Below are positions 51,151-64,000 of a stretch of 64,000 nt of DNA, piece after piece (within the stretch, counting starts at the first letter, position 1; every line of letters starts with the position of its first letter). Under the pieces are notes generated by a model, which had not been told where the DNA came from, did not search any database, and saw only the letters and a program-made list of their open reading frames with translations. The translations under genes and the position numbers were made by a program. This stretch comes from Podarcis pityusensis (lineage: Eukaryota). The stretch lies in NCBI GenBank assembly GCA_964106645.2, contig OZ067043.1. One strand, 5' to 3'.

Positions 51151-51731
51151 GGCTAATTCACACATGCAGACATCTGTTTGAATGGCTGCTTGTGGCACAG
51201 CTCCTCATAGGCATTCCATGTAGTCATCAGAGGCCCTTCTTTAAGTGCCTCCTCCAATAGAGGTCCAGACTAGGGTAGTAATGTGAGAAAGGGCCTTTTC
51301 TGCAGTAGCTCCCCATTTGTGGAATGCTCTCCCTAGGGAGGTTTGCCGGGTGCCTTCATTACATATCTTTAGGCACCAGGCGATAACACTGCTCTGTAAC
51401 CAGGCCTTTGGCTCATCAACATGGGTTTGTGGGAGGGAGGTTATTGGTTTGTTTTTGCTCTTTTTTAATGATGTATTTTGTGTTCTCATTTTGTATTTTT
51501 ATGTTGTGAACCACCATGTGATCTTTGGATGAAGGGTGGTATACAAATTAAATAAATAAAATTGATTGATTGTGTGAAGTGGCTTTCCATGCTGTTCAGG
51601 CATGACAAAGCCTCCAGGGTTGCAAGAAGGCCTGGTTACTTCACACATATGGCTTACTATATGGACCTGTGTCTATGCAGATGTCTTATAACTAGCCACC
51701 AATTTTGGTGGCTGCATGTGTGAACTGAGCC
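51151..51731. mobile_element. Old TIR element (possibly PIF/Harbinger-type) interrupted by the L2
   Basis: GGCTAATTCACACATGCAG and CTGCATGTGTGAACTGAGCC are imperfect inverted termini, with AAA on both flanks. Confidence 0.45.
51230..51561 (+). mobile_element. L2 LINE 3' fragment
   Basis: It translates RAFSAVAPHLWNALPREV...SLHIFRHQA (L2 ORF2 C-terminal motif). It has a T-rich 3'UTR and a GGGTGGTATACAAAT(TAAA)n tail. A weaker L2 remnant lies near 29140-29280. Confidence 0.75.
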
Positions 51732-52151
51732 AAAGCCAACCCCATTCACCCCAAAACACAATGCAGTTGGTAGAATTTAGTATTGGCCTCCCCACGATAG
51801 GATGAAGCAGGAAACATCCTAGGAAAGTGAAATTTTTGACTATTTGGTAAAGTCATACAGTTCTTAATCCTGCAGAGTTAGGATGTAAAGCTGATTCTTT
51901 TAGCTTCTGGCCTGAACAAGATATACACAAAAAATTTGCTGAATTCAGAGTGGATAAAGGAGGAGTCTGTGCTTTGCCTAGCATCTGTTGGTACTTCCTT
52001 ACAGAGACTTCCTTACTATTTGAGACTGCTGATTCTAAAGATGTTCTGGGATGAGGTCTGACCATTTAAAAAATCTGATTAATATTAAGCTGCAGTTGCA
52101 CCTTTTCCTTAAGGGTTATAAAATCAGTTCACTGAATGGATAGGGCAGCAG

Positions 52152-52152
<1 letters not shown>

Positions 52153-52214
<62 letters not shown>
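52153..52214. repeat. (CT)n microsatellite
   Basis: Seen directly, with one interruption at ~52200. Confidence 0.97.
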
Positions 52215-55200
52215 ATATATGTTAATGAAGTATTGATCCTTTCCGTAACTGATTATAGTGTCTGTGCAACCACTGACCTGGTTAGACTGCTTTTCAAAAA
52301 ACTTCTTGCCATGTGAACTGGCCTGAATAACATCTAATCACATTTATTCCACTTCATTTCTGATTAATTCCGTTCAAGGTACCATATCAAGGTAATAAAA
52401 ATGAATGGATTAAGAATTGGGGCTTAGTATATTAAAAATCAAAACATAATCACAGGGCTTTTTCAGTGTTTATGTCTAAAGGGAGGTATGTGTTTTTCAT
52501 CCTGTGCAAGTACAAACCCTTTTTTGGAAGTTGATCTCTTTATGATGGCATTTACTTTTGATAAGCTGTCTGCTAGAGGTGTTTATAGTTACAGACGGTT
52601 ATGATATTGCTAAATGTTTTAAGTCCTGTATTATCTTGTTATAACTTGTCATTATTTAACGTAATAAATTTTAGTCTACCTGAAGAAAATTGTGGTGCAT
52701 TGAAATAATTTAATATCTACCCACTCATTGGTCCCAATTTAACATTATTAACTATTGGTTTTCTTGCATTGTTCTTAGGAACAATTGCTTAGTGCAGTCT
52801 CTGCTTTTAACTCATAATTTAATCATACAATGTGTGAATTTAGTAAACCAAAGATTATAGTGAATTAATAATAGTGAACCAGCTGACCAGAGTTGAACTG
52901 CAGTTCTATTCCTATAAAACTTAATTTAAAACATATAATTGGTGTTATATGCTATGTGTTTACAGGGTATTAATTTTGATTTTTCTCTTGATTACACATC
53001 ATTAGTCTGTAGTACCATTCATTAACAGCACAATCTTGCATATGTCTACTCAGAAGTAAGTCTCATTCAGTTTCAGTGGGTCATAGGATTGCAGACTTAG
53101 TGATGGTCGTTCATTTCAAACATGTAAGATCTGAAATTAAGGAATAATACTGGAAAGGTATATATAATGAAATCAGACTAAACCCCAGTTTTCCATATCT
53201 GTAATGTTTGTACATAGAACTACACTCCATTTAAAAGGGACAGAGTGTTTCCATTAAACTACAAATCCTTAATAGAAGTTTGATCCACACTATTTTCCTA
53301 TCTTTTTGAAGCACTGGGTGAAAATACCACATGCATTCTAACCACTGTTATTACTAATGGGAGTAGAGTACGTAAACGTCTGGTGCTTTTAAGTCCAAGA
53401 GCTTGTAGTGCCTAAATGTAATATATGAGTCTGATGGTCATCAAAGCATCTGCTTCAGAAATGTTCCTTCTTTTGTTCAGATCTCAAACTTACAGCCTGT
53501 TAAATCCCCAATAAAAGAAAATAACTGTCCAGTTTTCCATGTGTTAACTAAAACAAACAAGGACAGAAGATTCTTTGAGCTGTTTCGGCTGGTATGTTGA
53601 TATGCAGGAACAGGATGCACAATCTCCCTGTGCTTCCTGTTCTTACACAACATTATCATGTCTCAAATATGAACTTTGTTACTTTTATTACCAGGGACAT
53701 GCAAAAACTGTGTGTATGTGAGGAGCTTGCACATCTTCCAGGTTGGGGGGGGTGTGAATATTGGGTGTGACATTGTCACAAATGAACAGGAAGTATGGGA
53801 AATGTCTGCATCCTGTCCTGTACAACAAGGTATTATCCAAAGCAACTCACAGCCTGGGGATAAGCAGATCAAAGAGAAAATTAAGAAGACAAGGTATACT
53901 GTATTGGTACTAGAATCGTATGTTAGGATGTTACAGTAGTAGGAGATAGATAATTAAGAATAAAAAGGAGAGGCATTGTACAATGGTTCCAAACAACCTG
54001 GCTTCAGATTCTGCTTTGTCATATATTCAGCTCATAAACTTGTATATGTGCTAGAATGTAGGCCAAATGTATATTGTCCATGATATCCAGGTTCCTGTCC
54101 TCTCCACATTTACATACACATTTTCCCTGAAGCCATTAGAGAAGCTAAAAAGAGAGTAACCTAAACTGATTCTAAATAGTATTCACACTTTCCAGGTTGG
54201 TGGCAGCAACCAATTTGGAGCTCTTTTGGCCTCACCATGCCCCATCTTGGTAAATGCCCTGCCGCGACTGCCAGGAGGCTGCTGCTGCTGCTGCTCCTAC
54301 CCTAACACACACACACACACACACACCATGGCTCGACACCACCATGCTTGGCACCGTTTTGACAAATGCAAAAGTGCCCACAGTTCTGCGTTACAGTTAT
54401 GCAGCAACAAGCAAGGTGTGAAAGAAAGCTGCTGGAAGAAGCTGACAACAGGAAGCAACAAGGAGGAGGTAATTCTTAACATAATCAAGTGCTTGTGGTC
54501 TTAAGTAAAGTTGATGTCCAGCTGAACTGAAAATAATCTGCATGAAATTAGAGAAATGTTTATTTCTCTATAACATTTGCATCCCAACCTACTTTTACCG
54601 CCTTCAGGACAGCTTATATGGTCTTATATACTGATCTTCACAAGAACTCAGGAGGGTTATATTTATGGCAGATGTGGAATTTGAACACAATTCTCTCTGG
54701 TAATACCCTATCTATCTACTCTATTATACTGACATGCTTAAGAACTCAAAATGTCCAAAATGTTTGCCTGTAGTATGCTATTTCTTTTATTCCGACCCAA
54801 ATTTATGAAATTGCATGTGCAAATCAAGTCTTTATTATGGCTAGCATCCTTTCCTAAATGTCCAGACTAGATTTTCTGGGTGGCAGTGCAAAGCGTCATT
54901 GCTCTTCCTCTAGGCTTGATAATTAAATATTGGTTAATAGATTTGGGTATTGTTTATCAACGAAACACTACAAGGGAAGCACAGTACAGTTAAGTGATGC
55001 TGTAAAGTGTTTAGGAGGGTGAAATTTCTGTTTGTCCCTCATTAGAAGCAGCTGTAAAGGAATACAACTTATAATCATTTTACTCAAATAAATTGTCATT
55101 ATGGTACACTTTTTATTTTAATTTGGCATGAGTAGTCTGACTTTTGTTCATTTAAGCAATTAGCATACCTGAAAAAGCTATTTTTGATATTTAATTATTA

Positions 55201-56354
55201 GCAAGGGTTTTTTTGTGTAGAAAAAAAAGCAAAACCATTCATCCAAAATTATAGACACCAAGTACCAAACTGCAATATCCTGACTCATGGTGCCTTATCA
55301 AAAGCATTGCCAGTTTTCTGCTTTAGACTTGATTGGGCATAAAAATATCCCTGCACAGGGACATTTTTATTACCTCATTTGGTTTTAGAGAACTTTGCTT
55401 GCAAGTGTTTATAGTGGTGTATAATAACTGGAGTTGCAAATATCTGAAGAATGGAGATTAGTTGTAAATATGACATACCTAGTATTCCCAGAAGTGATTC
55501 TCATCATCCACCTATGTAATGTCTCCCACCTCCCAATACTGTATTTGTTGGTTAACTCTCTAAACTGCAAAGCACTCATTTTTGTAATATCCAGTAATCA
55601 GCTTCTTATTTCTGCCTCTTGCATCCCACAGTTCTCTTGACAGAAGTTTTGGCATGACAGAGTGCAGAAGGCCTCCCCATATTTGGACATATGCCATAAT
55701 TTGGACATTATGGCAAGCTCAGCCACTGGCTCCCTTTTCTCCATTAAAATTTCTGGTTATTGCACTGCTGCTGTAATTTCCAAAGAAGTCTTGTTCAGCC
55801 AAGTTTCACGAGTTAGATGTATATCTGAAGATAGGCAAGCCTCTTTCAGACATTTCTGCAGAAGTGCAACAATTGGACACATGAGATACTTGCATGTGCA
55901 AGTGGTTGTGTTTGCTCTGTTGTTTTAAACTTGAAGTCTTTAGGGCTTGATGGTCATTGACCAACTGCAGGCATGGACTGAATGCTACCCCTTACAAAAA
56001 TAATAATAATGCATATATGGACTAGATTTCTGGGAGCAGGATTCCAGTCTATCCCCCCCCCCCAATACATAGGAAAATGTTTTTTCAGGGGATCTGAGGT
56101 AGGGAACAGGAGAGGCGACCACGGAGGGAGATCTTCTGTAAGCATTTGCTTTGAATTGTCACAAAACCCATGGGCCTTTCTGGATGTTCACTTGGAGCAT
56201 TCAGAAAGACTGACCCCTTTTTCAGCAGTGAATTATGCTGGATAGGTTATTTCCTGGTTTGGGCACTGTATATGGCATACATCCCTGGGAATGACAGATT
56301 TGACCAAATGCAGTGTGCAACTAAGTATTTGTGAGGAAGGGAGAAACGATGTTA

Positions 56355-56584
56355 CAGTGGCACCTCAGGTTACAGACACTTCAGGTTACAGATGCTTCAT
56401 GTTGCAGACTCTGCTAACCCAGACGTTCTTGGGTTAAGAACTTTGCTTCAGGATGAGAACAGAAATCATGTTCCAGTGGCAGCAGGAGGCCCCATTAGCT
56501 AAAGTGGTGCTTTAGGTTAAGAACAGTTTCAGGTTAAGAACGGACCTCCGGAATGAATTAAGTTTTTAACCTGAGGTACCACTG
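56355..56584 (+). mobile_element. Tc1/mariner MITE, family A
   Basis: TA|CAGTGGCACCTCAGGTTA ... TAACCTGAGGTACCACTG|TA gives TIRs with a TA TSD. Confidence 0.9.
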
Positions 56585-59500
56585 TATATTGCTCTCTTCT
56601 GTCAGGGAAAGAAAGTGGTAGTAGTGCTGCTTTGATTTCATTTCCTCACCACACTATTTTAGTTGTTGTTTTTTAAGTCCCAGATAACATTGTGTTTGCA
56701 TACACCATGTGTGTGTGGACTGTCTTGTTCTGAGAAGTATCATCGTACAGAGTGCTGTCAAAGATGCCTGCCCATACACATGCACACCACATTAGTAAGT
56801 GGGAACATTCTGTTCCATAGTTTAGTCTTTTGTCTTTGGTCAATTCATATACTTTCTCATTCTACTTCTAAATAGCCACATGTGCAAAGAATACTCAAGT
56901 TACAGAAAAAAATGTCAACCATATGTAACATACAAGAAGATTAGTGGTAATAAAACTGAATTAATTGTGGTTTTGGCAGTCAAGACAGCATAAGGGCCAT
57001 ATTTTAGAGTTTTAGGCAAATCCACATGTATCTCAGAGTTCGCTATAGATCTGCAGTATGTGGGGCTACTTAAATGCACATCCTGCTTGGTAGTCTGGCC
57101 TGTCATTCAAAATGGATGGCAGGAAACTAACATCTTGGAGGTGATGATAGTGCTATAGATTTTAATTCTAATGCCAGTCATACTGGTTGAGACATGTTCT
57201 GATAAATGAAAAATGAAATTTTCAAACATTCTTTACTGCCTGCTGTGTATCTTGGCAAATAATCATCATAAGGATTTAGCATATAAAAATTCCAAGGAGC
57301 ACTCTGGCATAGGTTTTTAAAATAAGTTTTTCATAGCATACTGTAAGTATGGACTTATGCCCTTAGACCCAAGAACTGGCTGTTTCCTGTACTTGTGCAA
57401 TGATAGGGAAGGTTTTGACTTTAAAGGATGCTGGTGGTGAGCATTTTCTTTTCCATATATGATTATGGGAAATGTTCGTGCTGATAGCTTTTGGGATTAT
57501 AGGTTATTCTCCTGTTTACTTTTTTGAAAAGAAAATGTTATCCATTTTCTCTAAGGCAAATAAATTCTAAATCTCTGCATATAGATAGCCCAGCTGATAA
57601 ACAGTTTAATAAACAGAGAATGCTGTCTGCCCAAAGCCAGCATCAGATATGCAGTGTTAGTCAAACGAAGAAGATGAGAATGAGGAATAGAGAGAAAGAA
57701 AAGAAAGAAAGATATCTGTTGGTTTGCTATTAAACTGAAGTTCCAGATTCTTGCTTGAACATGTCTGAGTTCAAATGAGGCAACTTTCAGTGCTTCACCA
57801 AGTGCTTAAATTTAGGTGACGGAAACACTACTTTGCTAATTTGAGCGGAATGTTTAAAACAAAGTGTTACTGTTTAATCTGAGCACATGACGTGCGAATG
57901 AATGTTTGAATGAAATGACATAATTGTTGGTTAGTCTGTATAATTTAGAGAGGGGGCCTATCTGAGCACAAGTTTCAGTTCATAAGCATTCGGAAGAATT
58001 CTCATTTTGGAGGGAGAAATTATTTGCCTTCAAAAACAAGAAGTACAGCCTTCTTCTTTTCTCATATTTGTCCGCCTTTAAAAAATAAAGATATATCTCA
58101 GACTTGCTTATATCCATGCCTTTCAGCTGAAGAGCATTTTTCTTAACCTCTTTCCTCACATTGCGTATGATATTTAATCCATCATGTTAACTTTAAACAA
58201 TAATACACAAGCTGTTGCTGGCAGTAGCATAAAACTGATGGTCCATCTGGAAAGCAAAAACACTGATCAGGGAAATAAGAGAATTAAAACTGTTTAGGGG
58301 TATATTTGCATGAATTAAAAGAAAAAGAACCCAGAATGGAGAACATTGTATTTAATAGTTTTTTAACAGGCAGTTTATTAATTGTTTTGTGTTCTCGCTG
58401 AGAGGAATTCCTAACACAAAATACACTTATTTTCCAGCTAGCCATTATTCTTAGAAGGTTGCTGTTGTTTTTTAAAAAGTAAAGTAATAATGCTTAAAAA
58501 CCACTGTCAAGAGAGTTATTTTAGCTCGTAGAATACATAGTCAAGGATTCTGTGCAAAATGTTGCATTTTGTATTCTTTTTCATGACTCATAGAGGAATA
58601 ATAGAGACAAGATCCATCAACCAATTTGACTCTAAAGGTTAAGACAAGTAGTTACAGGGGGCTTTAAATACCAGCTGTAGGATAAGTCAAGTTTCATATT
58701 GAATAGTTCTTTTTAACCAATCAAGAGGCTTGACTTTAGAAAAAGCAGCACAAGAGTACTGCCCTTTAAACAATGAAGGGGCTTTGCATCACAACCCACA
58801 ATGGTTCATATTATGCCTATGCAGTAGACATCAGAAGAAAACACAATTATGAGATTAAAATCTTTTAACATATTAATGTTGGGCACAATCCAGCAAAATT
58901 TAAGCCTCAAGTCCCATGGATTTAATTTAGAATAATTGAAGAACATGTATAACTCTGGTATCAATACGACCTAAAAAGTTTCATTTATGGTTGTTAGGAC
59001 TGTCGCTGATCAAAAGTGAGTGTTCCCATTTTCTGGAATAAAATACATCTTCCATTCCTTACATTGTTTTGCCAGTAGATTTCAGGTTTCTTGTCCAGTA
59101 CATTTTATGAGAAATTTTTTGCCAATAGTTTATTTTGAGGGCATGAAGCGGCACTATAATATTTTGCTGATATTTTTTGTATCAACATGTATGGGGCATG
59201 TATTTGTGTAAACCACCCCTTCCAAAAAATACTACAGCTACAATTTTAAAATTTCTTCCGTTGTTAGGAAAGTTGTTAGCCTTTGATTTTATGAAGACAT
59301 CAGAAAGCAAATAGGCAAATTATATAAATAAGGAGATTTTTTAATAATAATAATAATGAGACTTGCTAAACATCTCTGATGATTGTACTGAAATATATGC
59401 TTTTAGCTTTAAATGACTATACATACAGTGCTGTTGAGATAGTGGAAAATTTTACACTGAGGAATGGCAGTAACCCAAGTTACCTGTAGGATTTGGAGTC

Positions 59501-60784
59501 ATATGGAAACACTTAAGGCGCAGTGGAAAACTTTTTGAAATACACTGGAATGAGCTAGCAGCATTATTCAATAGAAAAAGGAATATGGATTGCACCAGTA
59601 AGAAATATTACACACACACACACCCTTTGAGATATATACTTCAAGTCATATGCTGGTATTTATCCAGTTTTTCATTTATATTTTACAAGCAGCCTGCCTA
59701 TAGAAGTTACACACTTTGAAAGGTATGACTTTTGTGCTTCCTAAGACTCTAGAAGAGTAGATAATAATAATATAATATAATATAATCCAAAATGTTTATG
59801 GTGCTAGATGCCAGAGCATCTGTCCTCTTCACAATAATTAAAACTGACTTATCCATAAACAATAAATAACAGGCTACCCACTCAGGCAGCCAGAAACTCA
59901 CTGCCACATAAGCTCACTAGCTGCACCCATCTGCCAAATAAAATCCTCCTTGCTGCCTTCTATTGTCAAAAAAGGCCTGACTAAATAAGCATGCCCAGGA
60001 CTGATACGGTCTGATTCTTTTCCGTAGGTCATTCTTCAGAAGGGAACCGTGGCCAGCTCTTCCTTTTCTGAGGGTAGTCATAAGTCCCTCTGCTTGACAC
60101 CCATTCTGTGTGTCCCAAAGAACAACAAAAACTCCATTCTGTTTTATAAGGATAAACCAACAAGTACCTCTTTTTTCCTTATGTAATTTAATTAAGTTAT
60201 TTATTACCAACTTTTTGGAACACAGGAGTGTAGGGGGGTGGGAGCTACCTCTTGAACCCTAGGGAAGAAGTGACTTAATGACTAGAAAATAAAAGAGAAT
60301 TTGCTTGGGAAAACTGTGGAATTAAAGTTCCAGATGAAACATGCACCAGTGATGCATAACATTTTTGTTAATTGGGTCTTAACAGGTTTCCCACTCACGC
60401 TGCAATCATTTTAGAAATGGGTCACACTAGGCAGCGCCGGCAGGGTATCCCTGCAGCTTATAGAACATTTGCCTTGCAGTAAAACGGCATCTACATTTGG
60501 GCTCATCTGATTGCGTAGTGAATATGCCTGACTTCAGGGGAGCTACACCAATTTGTACCCATTTGATGAGCTTGTTGCCTCTTTACAGCTGGAAAACCCA
60601 ATCCGCAGCGCACTTGGCCTTACAAGCCCCATTAGTGTGTGTAGAGTTGGCATCTGTACAGAGCTGCTACTTAAAAAAAGACAATGTCTTAAGAACCTGT
60701 CTGCATACATCCAAACCATTTAGATAATAAGAACGGTTTGGATAATTAGACTCGATGAATGAGAGACCTGGGTCCATGACCTCA

Positions 60785-60794
60785 CATACATACA

Positions 60795-60825
<31 letters not shown>
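60785..60825. repeat. (CATA)n(AATA)n microsatellite
   Basis: Seen directly in the sequence. Confidence 0.95.
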
Positions 60826-60828
<3 letters not shown>

Positions 60829-63800
60829 TGCCCCTTCTGCAATCATTACAGGGTCCATGCCGCTAAGGGGAGAATGTGTAATGCCAATTTCATGTATCAA
60901 AGTGAATTCAGATATTCAAGTAGGCATCATCTCAGAATACACGTGGAGGATAAATTTGCCCAGATAATGATTTCAGTCTGTGATTACAAGTATATTAAGA
61001 GACAACTGTCTTTCCGTGTGCAGGGAAGCATTGGTTTGAAGGCTTTATAGAAAACCCACCAAAACACCTCTTAGGCATTCAGGGATAGTAGAGTTCCACA
61101 GAGGACCATAGCACTTGCTTGCTCAAACAGTTGAATCGGCTGACTTGCTACAGCCAGTATGAAAATGTGCAATAGATGCCAATCCCACAGTAGGCATCTT
61201 ATTTTATTATCCCAATCTTTCCCCACTGTGTGTTCTGAGTTTCTGGGGTAAACTCCAAATTTATACTCAAAGGAGTTCAGAAGTTTCTGACTTTTGCAAT
61301 CCCTGCCTCTTTCTTACGTTATTTAAAATGTTGTATTAGTTACAACGGTTGATAGGAGTTTGTATGGTTAAGATGCCAATTCCACATCTCTTATTATTTG
61401 AGTGAATGAAGGGCTCTGGTTCTATTACAGGCTTATATTTGTCCCAATTTACATATGCATCCTATATATTAGCCTATACTCTGCCATAGGAATGATTGAG
61501 TAGCCATTTTTACCTGTTAGACTTCGTTCTCCCCAAATGATGTGCCTGGGCTACATTGCTTAAGATTTTAGAGATGGGGTTTGTGTCATAAGATTTAATG
61601 CCCTTCTGTACACAAAAAAAATCTGACGCTACGATTCTATGATTCTATTTTTCTATGTGCAGGGATGTTTTTTGGTAGATGCAAGAAAGTAAGCCCCCAT
61701 TACACACGTTTATCATTTCAGTTAACACCACACTCTAATCCTGTTGATTTCAGTTGAGTGGCATTGCTTCAGTGCCCCGTAAATTGTCCACTGTTGAGAA
61801 CTAGCATTTGGGAGAGAAACTTAAAATAAATGACACTTGCCCTCATGGGGCTGTCTGTAGAGTGGTGGCAGCATATCTGTATACCACCATTAAATCAGCT
61901 GTGGGGAGTCTTGTGATAGTCTAGCATTAGAATCAACTTGTCTGCTAGTGGGGCAACATGGCCATTTGGTAGCCAAAGCTAGTGAGGAATGCAGCTCACA
62001 TGTACTAGGGTGATGGAATTGACCTGTCACCAGAAGGACTTGTGGAGGGTATTGCAAGATTTGCTTTAAGGTTAGTGTGAGATGGTAGAGAGAGCCAAGC
62101 TGGGCAAACGAGTGGCATTTGGAGGAGCCGTTTAGTTGTAAAAGCAGGAAAAAGACTCCTATAATTTTAATTTAATGAAAGATATGAAAGCATTACAAGG
62201 ACTGGAAAATATTCTGTGTTACTAGAGTGTAAGGCAGGGTTCTTGATGGGCCCCAGAGTGATTTGGGATGAAGCCTGGGGCCCCAAGAGATAATTGTGGC
62301 AAGACAGCCACCCTAAGCACAAAATTAGAAATTAAACAGCACCCCTCTATTCTGGTCCTATTTTCATTTCCGTGGTAATGTTTTGAAGTTAAATTAAGTT
62401 GTCATCTATTTTAGTCCAAGTTACAGTGTCCAAATGTTTTGATTCATTTAAGCAGTGACAGTTCACATGAGACAGAACCAGCTAGGATAGGGTAACATTG
62501 TCTAGTCCCAGTGTGTGGGGAAACGGTAAAACCTTTCTGTTTAACCCAATGCCCAAACTATCCAGTCAAACAATTACGTTGATGTAGAGGCATCTTGAAA
62601 ATCTCTTTATCACCTTTTTAAAAGAAGGAGTGGCTCAAAAGATGGAGGTGTCATTCTCTTACTTTTGTCTGTTTGAGCCGGTCAGGCTGGAGACAAAGTC
62701 CTATAATAAATTAGATCTTAATCCTTTCCCCTAAAGTAAGATTAGAGCATTAATTGGTATATTAAAAATTCACCCAACTGTGGTAATTCCTCTGTTTTAA
62801 AAGCGAAGCAGCCTGTGTTTCACTAAATCCTACCTTTTTTCTTTCTCTCCAGAAGTATCTTCACTAAGCAAAATTATTCTAATGCTCCGAAAGTTACCAT
62901 GATGTTATCTTGCTAATTAGTGCCGTGGAAAAAAAGATCAATTAATGTTATAATTAAAAACAGTGTGTTTAGAACGGTTGTTTGTGGTGAATGAATGTGA
63001 CAACTACTTTGTTCACTGGTGATGTGTGGTGTTTCTATGCAGGCCTTTGCTGTTATTTACATAAAGGTCCTCAAGAGGCACCCTCATTTTCTGTCAAAGT
63101 GACATAATGTACATGTGCATGTATGTGTGCACAGAAGGAAACAACTGTAGAAAATGTTTGTCTCAGTTGCTTGGAATTATGCTTAATTCAGTCAACAGTT
63201 GCTCAGCATTATGTTATGGTGCACTGTGATGAGAGGCAATGTATTCAGATCAGTTTTGAGGGTGAGACTTTCCCAAAAAATCAAGTAGATATTGGACACT
63301 TCATACCCCTGTGAAACCCCAGAAAGAAATGGAATTGCCCACACCTATGTCCTATTTGGCACAAATGAACTGAGATGCCTTAGGAAGGGGACACCTAAGG
63401 CAGATGGAGAACCCAGTTGGGCACTTGTTGCACATATGAGTAAGTTAGAACTAGTAAGAGCCCAATGTTGTGACCCTAGGACCTGTGTTTCAGTTAATGG
63501 GGGAAGAGGTTGGAAGGCTCTTTATGAACTCAACAAACCTCATTGATGACTCCCTCTAGTTTTAGCCAAATAATGAGCCCTGTAAACTTTTAAAAACATT
63601 GGCCGAGAGGGCCAAAATAAAAGGTAAGGGAAGTGCCCAAGATGTTTGGTATTTCTGACAGTTTCCATTCTTTCTCTGTGTATCTCCCTTGAACTGACTG
63701 GCAGTCATCACATGCAAGGCTGGAACAGCTAGCCAGTGGTTTGTACTGCCATTTTGAAGAACACAGCTGCCTATATTAGCAGTGGTCGAGTCTGCTTCTT

Positions 63801-63971
63801 AAGACGCCTCCACAGTGCTAATAGGTATAGCCAATGGATAAAGAGAAAGATAATGGGGAGCATGGTTAAATTTGAATAACTAAGTCCTGCATATTTTTCA
63901 CAGCTGAACCCTTCACTGGGAACAAATTTTTATTTTGTACTAAGTGTGATTAAGCAGTATGCTAACTGTAT

Positions 63972-64000
63972 AAACAAACAAACAAACAAACAAACAAACA
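63972..64000. repeat. (AAAC)n microsatellite
   Basis: Seen directly; it runs to the window end. Confidence 0.95.

Overview
Vertebrate genomic DNA covering the 5' end of the NFIA (Nuclear Factor I-A) gene on the + strand. The SINE, MITE, BovB and CR1 content points to a squamate, most likely a lacertid lizard (inference). The window holds CpG-rich promoter blocks (~7.4-15.4 kb) and a candidate upstream first exon ending in ATG|GT at 8214. It also holds canonical coding exon 1 (13960-13986, MYSPLCLTQ), whose 5'UTR is broken by a 137-N gap, and the 532-bp exon 2 (19775-20306) encoding the DNA-binding/dimerisation domain. About 43.7 kb of intron 2 follows and runs off the window; I did not see exon 3. 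The rest is non-coding, with Tc1/mariner-type and hAT MITEs, a young 5'-truncated CR1, L2 and BovB tails, several tRNA-derived SINEs and microsatellites. There is also an unclassified LTR-like element (42991-44330) with internal long-range base-pairing. Nearly all other listed ORFs look spurious. I find no novel multi-gene system. The best leads are the alternative NFIA start exon with tandem uORFs, the structured LTR-like element, an inverted MITE pair in the pre-mRNA, and a neural/glial motif cluster in intron 2. Repeat family names are from recall, not from a database search.
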